Shown one piece after another: positions 18,906 to 28,226 of a stretch of 64,000 nt of DNA. The stretch is from IMG/VR virus record IMGVR_UViG_3300011242_000004; one strand, given 5' to 3'. The notes under the pieces are model-generated. The model saw only the letters and a list, made by a program, of their open reading frames with translations. It made no database searches and was not told where the DNA came from. A program made the translations under genes and the position numbers. Position 1 is the first letter of the stretch, and each line of letters begins with the position of its first letter. The DNA is from an uncultured virus (IMG/VR IMGVR_UViG_3300011242_000004). Its lineage: Duplodnaviria; Heunggongvirae; Uroviricota; Caudoviricetes.

Positions 18906-21900
18906 TCAACTCAGTAAGTTTTGCCAATTGCTTTGAATTTCATTCCATACTTCTTTCGTGCGGTCAAGTTGAATGTCCATCTGGGTTTTGATTCCCGGCG
19001 GTCCTTCAATCTTCGACATCGTGATTTGAACATTCTTCAAACCTGCACCTTTTAAGACTTTCGTCAAGCGACCGACGTCAAGTCCTCCACCATGACCTTG
19101 AACCGGAATCGCACCTAGTCGTGTTTCTTCCGCCCGTTGTTCATCGTCATCCCAGTAATTGGCTTCTGTCAAATCAATGCCTTCGTTTTTCATAACTTTG
19201 ATTTTGACCGCATCCAGACTTTGACCCGGGTCCCATCCTGCCCAATCCTCATCTGGCAAGTTATGCGAACCAAAGTAGCTTTGAAGGCTTTCCTTCTTAT
19301 CTGCTTTCATTCCCCATGACTTCTGATAGATGGCTCGTTGGTATTTTGGAACCAACCGAAGAATCTTTTCCCGGTCTTTCGGTGACGCTTCCATGAACTT
19401 CGTAAAGTATTCCCGGTCTTTCGCTGGTAACGCTTTGTAGATGTTCTGGAAGTTGATGTTTTCATCGGCTGAATAAATCGTTGATTCATACTCTTGCTTG
19501 TAACGAAGAGCAAGTGCGCCCAGTGGACCTAAGTCTTGCGTTGGTCGTGTGTCATTGATTTCTTTCAATGTATCATTATGGTCTTTCAGTTCGGCACGTA
19601 ACGCCTCAATATCACCATAACCACTTTTCTTCTGGATGCTCAACCTTTTTTTCTGTTCTTGGATGTATTTCTTTAATCCTTTGTTTTCTTTTCCTTGTTC
19701 GTCTTGGTTCTCAAGAAGTGCGTCCAAGTCAACACCTTCTCGTTCAAGAGCCAATTGCTTGGTCTTCTCATACAGCCCTTTGAACTTGACGTACTTCAGT
19801 TTGTCGAAGTATTCATCGACTTCTCGTTCTTTTCGACGACGGGCTGGAATCCAGTTGCTATCATCACCGATGACGTCCTTCCCAATCTCACCGACAGTCT
19901 TAGCAGTTGCAATCAAACCAACGCTCATTCCTAGACCCATTCCGATGATACCCGGTGCCCGGTTCCGACCGAACATGTATCCGATACCATATCCTTCGGC
20001 GGCGGCAATCAACGGGTTTCGTGATGCCATCGTATCAATCATCGGCTGAATCCAGCCAGACCATGGGCTTGCCCAGTCACGCCATGCTTTTCCATACAGC
20101 TCTCGTTCATAAGACTCTACAGGAGAACGGACTTGCAAGAACTTATCGGCGAAGACCCCAGCAATCGGAATCTTCGGCAGAATGTCACGGACGACGGTGT
20201 CATACATTTTACCGACCGTGATTTGGTCTTTTGAATAAAGAGCGGCGGTAGCGACCTGAGACCCATCATCTCGAATCGTGACTTTGTCTTTCGACTCTGC
20301 CCGGTTCGCTAACATGAAGTTAAGGTTTGACCCTTTGTTCGTTAGATAGAACGGGTTTCCTTCTTCGTTATGTTGTGTGTAAACGACCGCCCGCATCGTC
20401 GTCATCAAGTCTTTGCGTTCCCGATTGAGCGGGTCGCCATCCAGTCCAATCTTCAGGGTTGCTCCCTCATAGATGAACTGACGGACATAATCGACGGTTT
20501 CTTGGTCACTGTTTTTGACTTGGACACCCGCTAACTTAATCGGGTTCGCTTCGCCGTATTCCCGTGTGACGAACGTATTCGCATCCAAAACTTTTGTGAC
20601 TGTAACTTTTTCTTCTTTTAATTCAACATCCCGGAACTTCCGGTCATACAAGTGTTTCTTTTCTTTCTTCTGTTTGACCTGTTCTCGAATCGTTCGGTAT
20701 TCTTCATTTTGTTCTTCTGTCAATTCACCGTTTCCGTTTAACAACGAAACTTGTTTCTTTGCCATGCGGTATTGGTCAGAGTATGGTGCGACATCTGCTA
20801 GAATCCGTAAGCGGTCAAGAGCAGAGTAGTTCCCGTCAGCATCCTTACGCACATTGTAGAGCTTCTCGTATGCATCTCCCGGCAAACGCATTAAACCAGC
20901 GTTCACACGTGAATACGGGTCACCGTGTTTGAAGTCCGTAAAGTATTCTGCACCGGGCATCCATTCAGGCATCGTGTTTCGAATCGGGTTATAGTAGTTT
21001 TTGTTCGGGTCACGGGCTAAGTAACGACGAGCAATCTCTGAGATGTCTCCACCTAATCCACCTAGTTCCATGTCCCAGAACTGACGGTTGTAGGAACTCA
21101 TGAGACCAGAATCTTGTAACGTGTTCCCACGTCCGCTTTCCTCGAACCCAATCCCAGACTTAGCGGCAAAACCGAAGATACCTGCTATCTCCGATGTATT
21201 GTACCAAACATCTCGCATCGTTCCGTATTGAAGATTGAATGGATTGTCTCGATTAATCGCATCCCCTAGATTGTAGAGCGCATTCGGGTCACGCGTAGAT
21301 TCTAGACTGGAGATACCTCGATTGATAGGACTTGTTGCTTCGAGAAGTCCCATATTCTCTGCTGTCAGCTGTGTTCGTGTGGTTTCGGCACCGTACCCAC
21401 CGCCACCGGCGACAGACGTCCCAGCGCCTTCACCAGAGCGTCCACCAGAGGGACTGTATCCGCCACTAGCTTGACCTGAAGCATAAGCGTCTCCACCATA
21501 AAAGTCTTGTTCGCCTTCGACTTGTTCATCGAAGTCTAGACTGACTTGGTCATCAATGCGTTTGATACCACCGGAAGGCATCATCTCAACAGTTGCTCCG
21601 GCATTCGCTGTTGCATACGCATTTGCTAATCGTTGGTTGTACGCTTCAATATATTCCCGGTGTGCTTTTTTCAAACGAGGGTCTTCTGTCCGTGGTTTTA
21701 GAATCCGACCGACCGTATCATCAATCAATGGACCAACAAGCGGAATGTTGTCGAGTTCCGCGAATCCACCAGTAACAGCGAACGGACGTTCATCTTTCAA
21801 CTTGTTTTCATAGTGTTTGCTATCGGTAATGAAGTGTTTAATCGGAGCGAACGGATGCGTTAACGTCGGCATCCAATGGTTTGCCCAGTATTCCGATTCT

Positions 21901-24900
21901 GAACCATATCCGTTCTCACTGAATTTATAATCGGACTTCATGCGGCGATACCAGTTCGGTTGCCAACGTTCTATCTTGCCACCCATCCAAGGTGTCGTTG
22001 ACCCGATGCCCCAGTAGCGTCCTTTACGAATCGCATCTTCACCAGACTCATAATATTCCTGTAACTCTTCAGGGCTACGGAAATCAGTGAATGCACCACC
22101 GGTCACGAAGTTGAATGCTTTTGACGGAATCCATTCTGCCATTTGGTCAGTACCGGCGAACACCCGACTCCATGAACGACCGATAGCGTTGATTCCTAAC
22201 TTTTCTTTAACGCTTGCCGTATCCATCTGCATATTCACGTATCCGTCAGCGGCTGTATCACTGACCTTGTCTCCTAAGAGACCATCAAGATACATGCCTT
22301 GTTGATACGCTACATAAGGGAGAACGATACGTCTGCCCCACTGGTTCATGACGATGGAGGTAGCAGAGCCACGAAGACTATTGCTTAATCCAAGTCCCAG
22401 CTGTGCCATCGCATCATCCAGACGAGAAGCGAAGAACCATGGCACCATCGTACCTGCTGTGATGTCTTCTATGTTTTTTCTTCCTGCAAAGAGGTGTCCA
22501 AAGTAATTGGCGCCTCCTTGAGCAATCGAGAGCGTTTTATCAACGGCTCCTTCTGAACCATCTTCAGCTAGCTGGCGGTTGATGCTTTCAAGCATCCCCC
22601 GGTGTTTTTTAATCATATGGAAGTGGACATCTTTTCCGTAATGGTCGACGACGTCCTCCCCGGGTCCGACACTCCACCATGGGTCTTTTCGTTTGAGCGT
22701 ACCCAGCATGTCCATATGTCGTTCGCCTTCTCCGAAGTAATCCCGGAAGCTTTCTAAAGCGTCAGCACTTGCTGTGTATTCTTTTTGCCCAATCTGATTC
22801 TGAAACTTTTGCAAATGAGATAGATTGACAAGGTCCATCGTTTCTTGGATTTCTGCTTGTCCAATCTTTCCTTTGCTATAGGCTTCGCCCATGAACTCTT
22901 TGACACTTTTACCTGAGCTCCGACTAAAGTTGACAAGTCCTAGTTGTTCAATACTTTTACGTAAGTCGTCGGTTTGCGACACCATCCGGTCGTATCCGAT
23001 AGCGGCAATATTGAACATTTCATTACTAATGAGGGCTTTATCAGGAATCGTAGTCTTCTGACGGAGGAATAGTGCTGGGTCATCCGTGTATTTCTTATAG
23101 ATTTGAGCAATTTGCCCTTGGACGCCGCCTATCAGCTGTTCTGTCTCAAAGTCAACCTTATGACGTCCTTGACGATTCATTGCGCTTACAAGGTCTTGTG
23201 CGACGTTTAAAACATACTCATCGCTATCTCGTAGTTGATGAAAATCGACGTCAACGTTGTATTGCTTCTTAATTGTTTGTCCTAGTTCGTCGCCCCAGAA
23301 GAAACCAGTATCATGACTCATGCCTCGTGTACTTCGAGAAACGAGACTATTCATCTTATTATAGGTTTCTTCTAAGTATTCATTCGGACGATTCTTTAAA
23401 TCTTTGATTAGGTTTGGACCATAGTCAGGGTTGTTGTTTTTGGTCGCCGCCCGCATGAGTCGTCCAAAGACTGATTCGTTTTCTTGGCGCCCACCCCATA
23501 TATGATGCAGGATATTGACGTCTCCATCATGTTGCGTCAGACCAGCGACTGACTCTGCAAAACGTTTTGGTACCCCGAATTCACTGGATACAAGAATCAA
23601 GTCATCTTCAATCAAACCACTCTTAAGACTTAAGTCTTTGATGTTTTTCCCAGACTTCAGTTGTTCTGTGAGTGCATCCAAATCGTAGGATGCGCCACCC
23701 GCATAGATATAATCCTTTTTAAAGGGAGTCATGGCGGCGCCATTGTTTCGACGCATGTAGTTTTCATCCATCAGCTCATAGGCATTTGTGCCATCAGCTA
23801 ACTTTTTACTTGCGAACGCTGACATATCTCCCCGTTTGAACATACGGAAGAGTGGTGCTTCCCGGCTTGCTTTTTGTGCCCCGTATTGAATCAAGTCAAT
23901 CGGGTTAAAGTTCAGGAATGGAACTTGGAAGTTCTGGTGAATGAAGTCAACGGATTTGTCCATGCTTCGACGCATGTTCGTTAAGTCGGCAATATGCAAG
24001 GTGTCTTTATTCAAGAAGATAGCAGGGTCGACGACCATCTGCTTCACTTCATTCATGTCATACCCTAACTGCTGGGCATTGTTGACGATTTCTTCAACGA
24101 AGTCCATTGGTTTACGGGTTTTACCTTCTCGTTGAAGTGGTGAATAACGAGCTTTGAGTCCGCCATCATCATTCATCACATCTTCAAGTGTCAGTTGATG
24201 ATATCCATTACGTGCCATCGACTCTTGCATAAAGCCACTATGCTTGTCTTTGTGGAGACCCCGCATGAGTGCTTCGAAGTTTGCTTTTTGCATGACTTGA
24301 TAACTGGCATCGACCGAACGCCGTTCTTCCAAGGACATCGCTTTATTGAGATTCGTTTCCCCATTCTTTTGGGTATAACGAATACGATGATTGTTTTCAT
24401 CAACGGTCTTGAATAGCTTTTCAACGAAATCGCTTCGTTCTTGTTGTCCCATACCTTCCATGTTAATGAAATGGTTCTGAACTTCCTTCGCTTTTTTTGT
24501 TACGTTCTTTTGAACAAAGTCTACCACTTCTCGTTCCGAAGGATTTGAACGAGACAAGAGATTACTCTTTAATAAGAGTTCTTCTAACCCTGTTTCAAAG
24601 TGTGGCGCAAACGTCGGGTCGGCTTTTAATTGCTTTAAGTTAACGTCAATCCGTGTCCGCTTGACGGCTTCAGCCTGTAAAGACTTCTTCGAGCTTAAAT
24701 GCTCCATGACACGACGAGGCATGAGCGGCGTATCTGCTAATTGGTTCGGTTGGTTCCGTGCCGCTTGTTGTGCTCGAAACGCTAAACGCATCCGACGTTC
24801 GAATTCATCCGGGTCTCGTTGTGCTTTGAGCATACTCATGAAACCGGGTTTTGAACCTAATGCACTAGAATAGACGCTTCCCCGGTCGAACACTTCGCCG

Positions 24901-25091
24901 ACAATTTCTCCTGCTAGATTAAAACGACGGCTCTTAATGAGCCCTTTCATGATAGGAGCACCGATGGCATGTCGGTTGCGAATCAAACCATACCCAACGG
25001 CACCAGCACCAATAACCTTCAGTCCACCAATGGCCGTTTGTGCTACTTCTTCTCTTTTCTGTTGATTCTGCATGTCCCGCATATCTGCCAT
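18906..25091 (-). CDS. Giant virion protein (2061 aa) in the tape-measure position, with a degenerate SNase-like OB domain
   Basis: Directly after tube and chaperone genes; Gly-rich hydrophobic segments; KVTVTKVLDANTF...IKLAGV resembles an SNase N-terminus without catalytic residues. Confidence 0.5.
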   Translation of the reverse strand: MADMRDMQNQQKREEVAQTAIGGLKVIGAGAVGYGLIRNRHAIGAPIMKGLIKSRRFNLAGEIVGEVFDRGSVYSSALGSKPGFMSMLKAQRDPDEFERRMRLAFRAQQAARNQPNQLADTPLMPRRVMEHLSSKKSLQAEAVKRTRIDVNLKQLKADPTFAPHFETGLEELLLKSNLLSRSNPSEREVVDFVQKNVTKKAKEVQNHFINMEGMGQQERSDFVEKLFKTVDENNHRIRYTQKNGETNLNKAMSLEERRSVDASYQVMQKANFEALMRGLHKDKHSGFMQESMARNGYHQLTLEDVMNDDGGLKARYSPLQREGKTRKPMDFVEEIVNNAQQLGYDMNEVKQMVVDPAIFLNKDTLHIADLTNMRRSMDKSVDFIHQNFQVPFLNFNPIDLIQYGAQKASREAPLFRMFKRGDMSAFASKKLADGTNAYELMDENYMRRNNGAAMTPFKKDYIYAGGASYDLDALTEQLKSGKNIKDLSLKSGLIEDDLILVSSEFGVPKRFAESVAGLTQHDGDVNILHHIWGGRQENESVFGRLMRAATKNNNPDYGPNLIKDLKNRPNEYLEETYNKMNSLVSRSTRGMSHDTGFFWGDELGQTIKKQYNVDVDFHQLRDSDEYVLNVAQDLVSAMNRQGRHKVDFETEQLIGGVQGQIAQIYKKYTDDPALFLRQKTTIPDKALISNEMFNIAAIGYDRMVSQTDDLRKSIEQLGLVNFSRSSGKSVKEFMGEAYSKGKIGQAEIQETMDLVNLSHLQKFQNQIGQKEYTASADALESFRDYFGEGERHMDMLGTLKRKDPWWSVGPGEDVVDHYGKDVHFHMIKKHRGMLESINRQLAEDGSEGAVDKTLSIAQGGANYFGHLFAGRKNIEDITAGTMVPWFFASRLDDAMAQLGLGLSNSLRGSATSIVMNQWGRRIVLPYVAYQQGMYLDGLLGDKVSDTAADGYVNMQMDTASVKEKLGINAIGRSWSRVFAGTDQMAEWIPSKAFNFVTGGAFTDFRSPEELQEYYESGEDAIRKGRYWGIGSTTPWMGGKIERWQPNWYRRMKSDYKFSENGYGSESEYWANHWMPTLTHPFAPIKHFITDSKHYENKLKDERPFAVTGGFAELDNIPLVGPLIDDTVGRILKPRTEDPRLKKAHREYIEAYNQRLANAYATANAGATVEMMPSGGIKRIDDQVSLDFDEQVEGEQDFYGGDAYASGQASGGYSPSGGRSGEGAGTSVAGGGGYGAETTRTQLTAENMGLLEATSPINRGISSLESTRDPNALYNLGDAINRDNPFNLQYGTMRDVWYNTSEIAGIFGFAAKSGIGFEESGRGNTLQDSGLMSSYNRQFWDMELGGLGGDISEIARRYLARDPNKNYYNPIRNTMPEWMPGAEYFTDFKHGDPYSRVNAGLMRLPGDAYEKLYNVRKDADGNYSALDRLRILADVAPYSDQYRMAKKQVSLLNGNGELTEEQNEEYRTIREQVKQKKEKKHLYDRKFRDVELKEEKVTVTKVLDANTFVTREYGEANPIKLAGVQVKNSDQETVDYVRQFIYEGATLKIGLDGDPLNRERKDLMTTMRAVVYTQHNEEGNPFYLTNKGSNLNFMLANRAESKDKVTIRDDGSQVATAALYSKDQITVGKMYDTVVRDILPKIPIAGVFADKFLQVRSPVESYERELYGKAWRDWASPWSGWIQPMIDTMASRNPLIAAAEGYGIGYMFGRNRAPGIIGMGLGMSVGLIATAKTVGEIGKDVIGDDSNWIPARRRKEREVDEYFDKLKYVKFKGLYEKTKQLALEREGVDLDALLENQDEQGKENKGLKKYIQEQKKRLSIQKKSGYGDIEALRAELKDHNDTLKEINDTRPTQDLGPLGALALRYKQEYESTIYSADENINFQNIYKALPAKDREYFTKFMEASPKDREKILRLVPKYQRAIYQKSWGMKADKKESLQSYFGSHNLPDEDWAGWDPGQSLDAVKIKVMKNEGIDLTEANYWDDDEQRAEETRLGAIPVQGHGGGLDVGRLTKVLKGAGLKNVQITMSKIEGPPGIKTQMDIQLDRTKEVWNEIQSNWQNLLS

Positions 25092-25104
25092 CTAACTTCT
25101 CTCC

Positions 25105-25698
25105 TTATAATCCGGCTTGTGCTTTTTGAACCTCAATCAATTCTTCGAGTTCATTCGTATCTTCAAACTCAATCCCACGCATGTTCTTTAATAACCATAA
25201 TGCTCGTGCTTCGTACCAACACATTTTCTTAATGCTCCAACTTAAAATTTGTTCCAATTCAAATGTAGGGAATGCTTCTTTGATTACACAGGCAATTTGT
25301 TCTTCGATGCTACTTTCGACGACCATCTTTTGTTCCCGACGATAGCGTTTGATTTCTTCTGAAGAGTCAGGACTCAACCCAGAATGGAACATGATTTGAC
25401 GGCAAAGCAATTGCGGGATAACCCCATGCATCTTCTCGCTCCAGTCGTCAAAAATCGGGTCAAGCACCGCCATTCGGCAAACTTCTTCTTCTTGTTCTTC
25501 TCGTTCTAAGTATGAATCCCGAAGCTCTGCAAATTCTTTAAAGCTGAGAGAACGAAACGTAATGACGATTCCCATCAGTTCAATCTGATAGATATCAAAG
25601 TATTTGGCTTTTAATTCTTGTAGTAATTCAAAATCAATTTCTTCAAACTCTTCTTCTTCAATTTCTTCATTGAAGTCTTCATAATTTTCGTAACTCAT
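25105..25698 (-). CDS. Tail assembly chaperone-like protein 2
   Basis: Paralogous to 25755-26198 (FRSLSFKEF..EEEVC..AVLDP..SG); own GAGGAGG RBS before ATG 25698. Confidence 0.55.
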   Translation of the reverse strand: MSYENYEDFNEEIEEEEFEEIDFELLQELKAKYFDIYQIELMGIVITFRSLSFKEFAELRDSYLEREEQEEEVCRMAVLDPIFDDWSEKMHGVIPQLLCRQIMFHSGLSPDSSEEIKRYRREQKMVVESSIEEQIACVIKEAFPTFELEQILSWSIKKMCWYEARALWLLKNMRGIEFEDTNELEELIEVQKAQAGL

Positions 25699-25715
25699 GA
25701 TTTTCCTCCTCATAG

Positions 25716-25745
25716 AAAAAAGGGAAGGGACAAGGCCCTCCCCTT
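25716..25745 (-). terminator. Intrinsic terminator
   Basis: AGGGAGGG...CCCTTCCCT hairpin followed by a T run. Confidence 0.55.
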
Positions 25746-25754
25746 TAGGTATAG

Positions 25755-26198
25755 TTACAGACGAACTGCATTGACAGTTGGATTGAAACCAGACTGCTCT
25801 AAGATAAGTTCAGATAAAATTGTTGGAACCCCTGCAAGTCCATTCGACATTGCCGCTGAACGGAAGTTCGCTGGGAAGAGGATACATGTATCACAAATCT
25901 TTTCTTCATTGAAATAACGGTCTGCATTCGGAACTTTCATAATCCCTTTATATTCGATACGGCGAATCGGACGCCATACATAGATTTCACCTTGAATCTC
26001 TGTTAAGAAAACATTGTCTTGGAAACGGCTTTTCCATTCTTCAACTTGGTCAAGTGTTGGACCGTTTGGAACGATAGGCTGGTCGCCGTCGACTTCTTCA
26101 AATGCGTCTACTTCTTCTTTGACGCCTTCAATGCGTTCTGCTTCTTCCTCCATGAACATTTCTTCTTGTTCGACTACTTCTTTTTTAGCTCGTGGCAT
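25755..26198 (-). CDS. Tail assembly chaperone-like protein 1
   Basis: Small acidic protein after the tube genes; EEWK...YVWRPIRRIEY...LILEQSGF. Confidence 0.55.
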   Translation of the reverse strand: MPRAKKEVVEQEEMFMEEEAERIEGVKEEVDAFEEVDGDQPIVPNGPTLDQVEEWKSRFQDNVFLTEIQGEIYVWRPIRRIEYKGIMKVPNADRYFNEEKICDTCILFPANFRSAAMSNGLAGVPTILSELILEQSGFNPTVNAVRL

Positions 26199-26222
26199 GA
26201 TGTAGTGCCTCCCTATGATTGA

Positions 26223-26996
26223 TTAAATTTTTTCGACGAACACGCCGTCGATATCTTTGGCAATGAATGAATACTGTTCTTGAACCGCTTGTCCATCTGG
26301 TGCTATCATTTTACCGACCGAAGTCAGTTGGACATTCATAATGGATTGACGTGTTTTAATGTCATTCATTTCTTTGTCCCCTAATCCGCTAAAGCACTGG
26401 ATTCTCCCTAAATCCATGTTCTTTCCGAAATCCACCATGATGTTAAAACCGGCTTGTCGCATTTCTTTATAATACGAGGTATTCTTCATCTCTAAATTCT
26501 GAGGATAAAAGTATGTATCATGTGACCGATTGCGGAAATCTTCTTGTAAGTTGGCGCCACCCCAGATGGAATCTTCATAGGCTGTCATCAACGCATCAAA
26601 ATCTTTCTTTTCTGCACTGAGTAACTGTTCTAATGTCATTCCTTCAAGGTTACCCCGTATATTGTATTTCGTTCCGATATCTTCTTCCTTGATACCAGTG
26701 CTTATCCCCTTTGCACTGTTCATCTTATTACTTAACCTGTCGAGTACCGTTTGTAAATACCCTGCTTCCGTGAAGTTGATGGTGAAGCTTCCTTGAACGA
26801 CACGAGTTCCTCGCGCGACCCGGTCCCATGTATAGGAAGCAAACCCGTAAATCGGTACCACTGTCTCTGTTAACGTGTACTGAAGCGACGTCGCTTCTTC
26901 AATGAACGTGTCCCCAAAATAAATTTGGACACGAGCTCCTGAGAAGTATTCTTTAGAAAACGATAAGCTCTCTTGGAATGGATTGCTTTCTGCCAT
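26223..26996 (-). CDS. Tail tube-like protein (paralog 3)
   Basis: YFSGA..LQY..RGTRVVQGSFTINF..YSFIAKDI aligns by eye with 27581-28171. Confidence 0.6.
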   Translation of the reverse strand: MAESNPFQESLSFSKEYFSGARVQIYFGDTFIEEATSLQYTLTETVVPIYGFASYTWDRVARGTRVVQGSFTINFTEAGYLQTVLDRLSNKMNSAKGISTGIKEEDIGTKYNIRGNLEGMTLEQLLSAEKKDFDALMTAYEDSIWGGANLQEDFRNRSHDTYFYPQNLEMKNTSYYKEMRQAGFNIMVDFGKNMDLGRIQCFSGLGDKEMNDIKTRQSIMNVQLTSVGKMIAPDGQAVQEQYSFIAKDIDGVFVEKI

Positions 26997-26997
26997 G

Positions 26998-27522
26998 TTA
27001 CCAAGTCCCTTCGTCTGCCGGGTTTCCCGGTTTCATTAAATCAATGTCATTGGCAATGAATTGCATTGTATTCTCTGTGATACGGTCTTCAATCGACATC
27101 GTCTGACCTTCTGACAGAAGCCGAACGTCGTAGATGACCATCGAAGACGATTGTCCGTATTCATTTAAGAAGTTGATGTTAATATCAAACGGTGGCAATT
27201 CATCTCCTTTTAAAGTCAAACACCGTTCATCTTGCAGTTTGTATCCTTCTTGCAATGCCGTGTACAAAGAATGGCGGTCGAATACGGTAAAGATTAAGCT
27301 TCCTGCAATCGTTCGTTGTCCTCTCACAAAGCCAGATGGATTCGCACGTCCTAGTGTATATACTTGCGTCATCGGACGGTAAATCGAGTAACTAATCGTT
27401 TGTAATTCACCGAAAGCGACAGGGGTCCCATTCTTTGGAGTAAACACTGCTAAGATGTCTGTTCCTGCAAAAGAGGTGTATGTGTTTGAGAATCGGCTGT
27501 GTTCAATTTTTTTACGTTCCAT
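26998..27522 (-). CDS. Tail tube-like protein (paralog 2)
   Basis: Shares GELQ.I.YS, RG.R.IAGSL.FTVFDR and DE.PPFDI.INFLNEYGQ with 27581-28171. Confidence 0.7.
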   Translation of the reverse strand: MERKKIEHSRFSNTYTSFAGTDILAVFTPKNGTPVAFGELQTISYSIYRPMTQVYTLGRANPSGFVRGQRTIAGSLIFTVFDRHSLYTALQEGYKLQDERCLTLKGDELPPFDININFLNEYGQSSSMVIYDVRLLSEGQTMSIEDRITENTMQFIANDIDLMKPGNPADEGTW

Positions 27523-27538
27523 GTTTTTAGCCTCCCAT

Positions 27539-27570
27539 TAAAAAAAGAGGGGAGTATTCTCCCCTCCCAT
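27539..27570 (-). terminator. Intrinsic terminator after the major tube gene
   Basis: GAGGGGAG-AATA-CTCCCCTC followed by a T7 run. Confidence 0.75.
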
Positions 27571-27580
27571 TTCTACTAGA

Positions 27581-28171
27581 TTAAGTCCAATCGAGTCCCG
27601 GTTCGTTCGCGTCGTTTGCTTTCATTTCGTCGATGTCACGTGCGATGAAAGTACAAGCCTTTTCAGTCGTGATGTCATCAACCGACATTCCCATACCTTC
27701 GTTGAGAATCTCAACACCGTAGATAGTCATTGTTGCCGCTTGACCATATTCGTTCAAGAAGTTAATCGTGATATCGAATGGTGGGATTTCATCTGAGTAT
27801 TTTGGTTTCTTCGCTGATTTCCAGTTGGCAATCAGGTTGTCTGCATTCCGTTGAACTTTGTCAACAGAGACAGGATTTGTTGTGCCTGTTGAGTTCAATC
27901 CATGACGGAACACATTCTCTTGTTGTTTCATGCGGTGCAATGCATCGCGGTCGAATACTGTGAAAACGAGAGAGCCCGCAATACCACGTTTACCACGTGA
28001 GAATGATTTCGGGTTCGGGTCGCCAAGTACATAAACAGGTGCTTTCTCACGTGTTACAGAGTATGTAATCGCTTGAAGCTCACCAACGATAGTGCCACCG
28101 AATGTTGCGACGATGTCTGCACCACCGAAAGTAGTGTACGTTTTTTGATATGAGCTAACTGCCATTATCAT
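27581..28171 (-). CDS. Major tail tube protein
   Basis: Immediately downstream of the sheath, highly-expressed-style codon usage, ~195 aa beta-rich. Confidence 0.7.
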   Translation of the reverse strand: MIMAVSSYQKTYTTFGGADIVATFGGTIVGELQAITYSVTREKAPVYVLGDPNPKSFSRGKRGIAGSLVFTVFDRDALHRMKQQENVFRHGLNSTGTTNPVSVDKVQRNADNLIANWKSAKKPKYSDEIPPFDITINFLNEYGQAATMTIYGVEILNEGMGMSVDDITTEKACTFIARDIDEMKANDANEPGLDWT

Positions 28172-28226
28172 TTTCCTCCTTCAAAGGGGTAATTATATAA
28201 GAACGGGGGGAAGACCCCCCATATCT

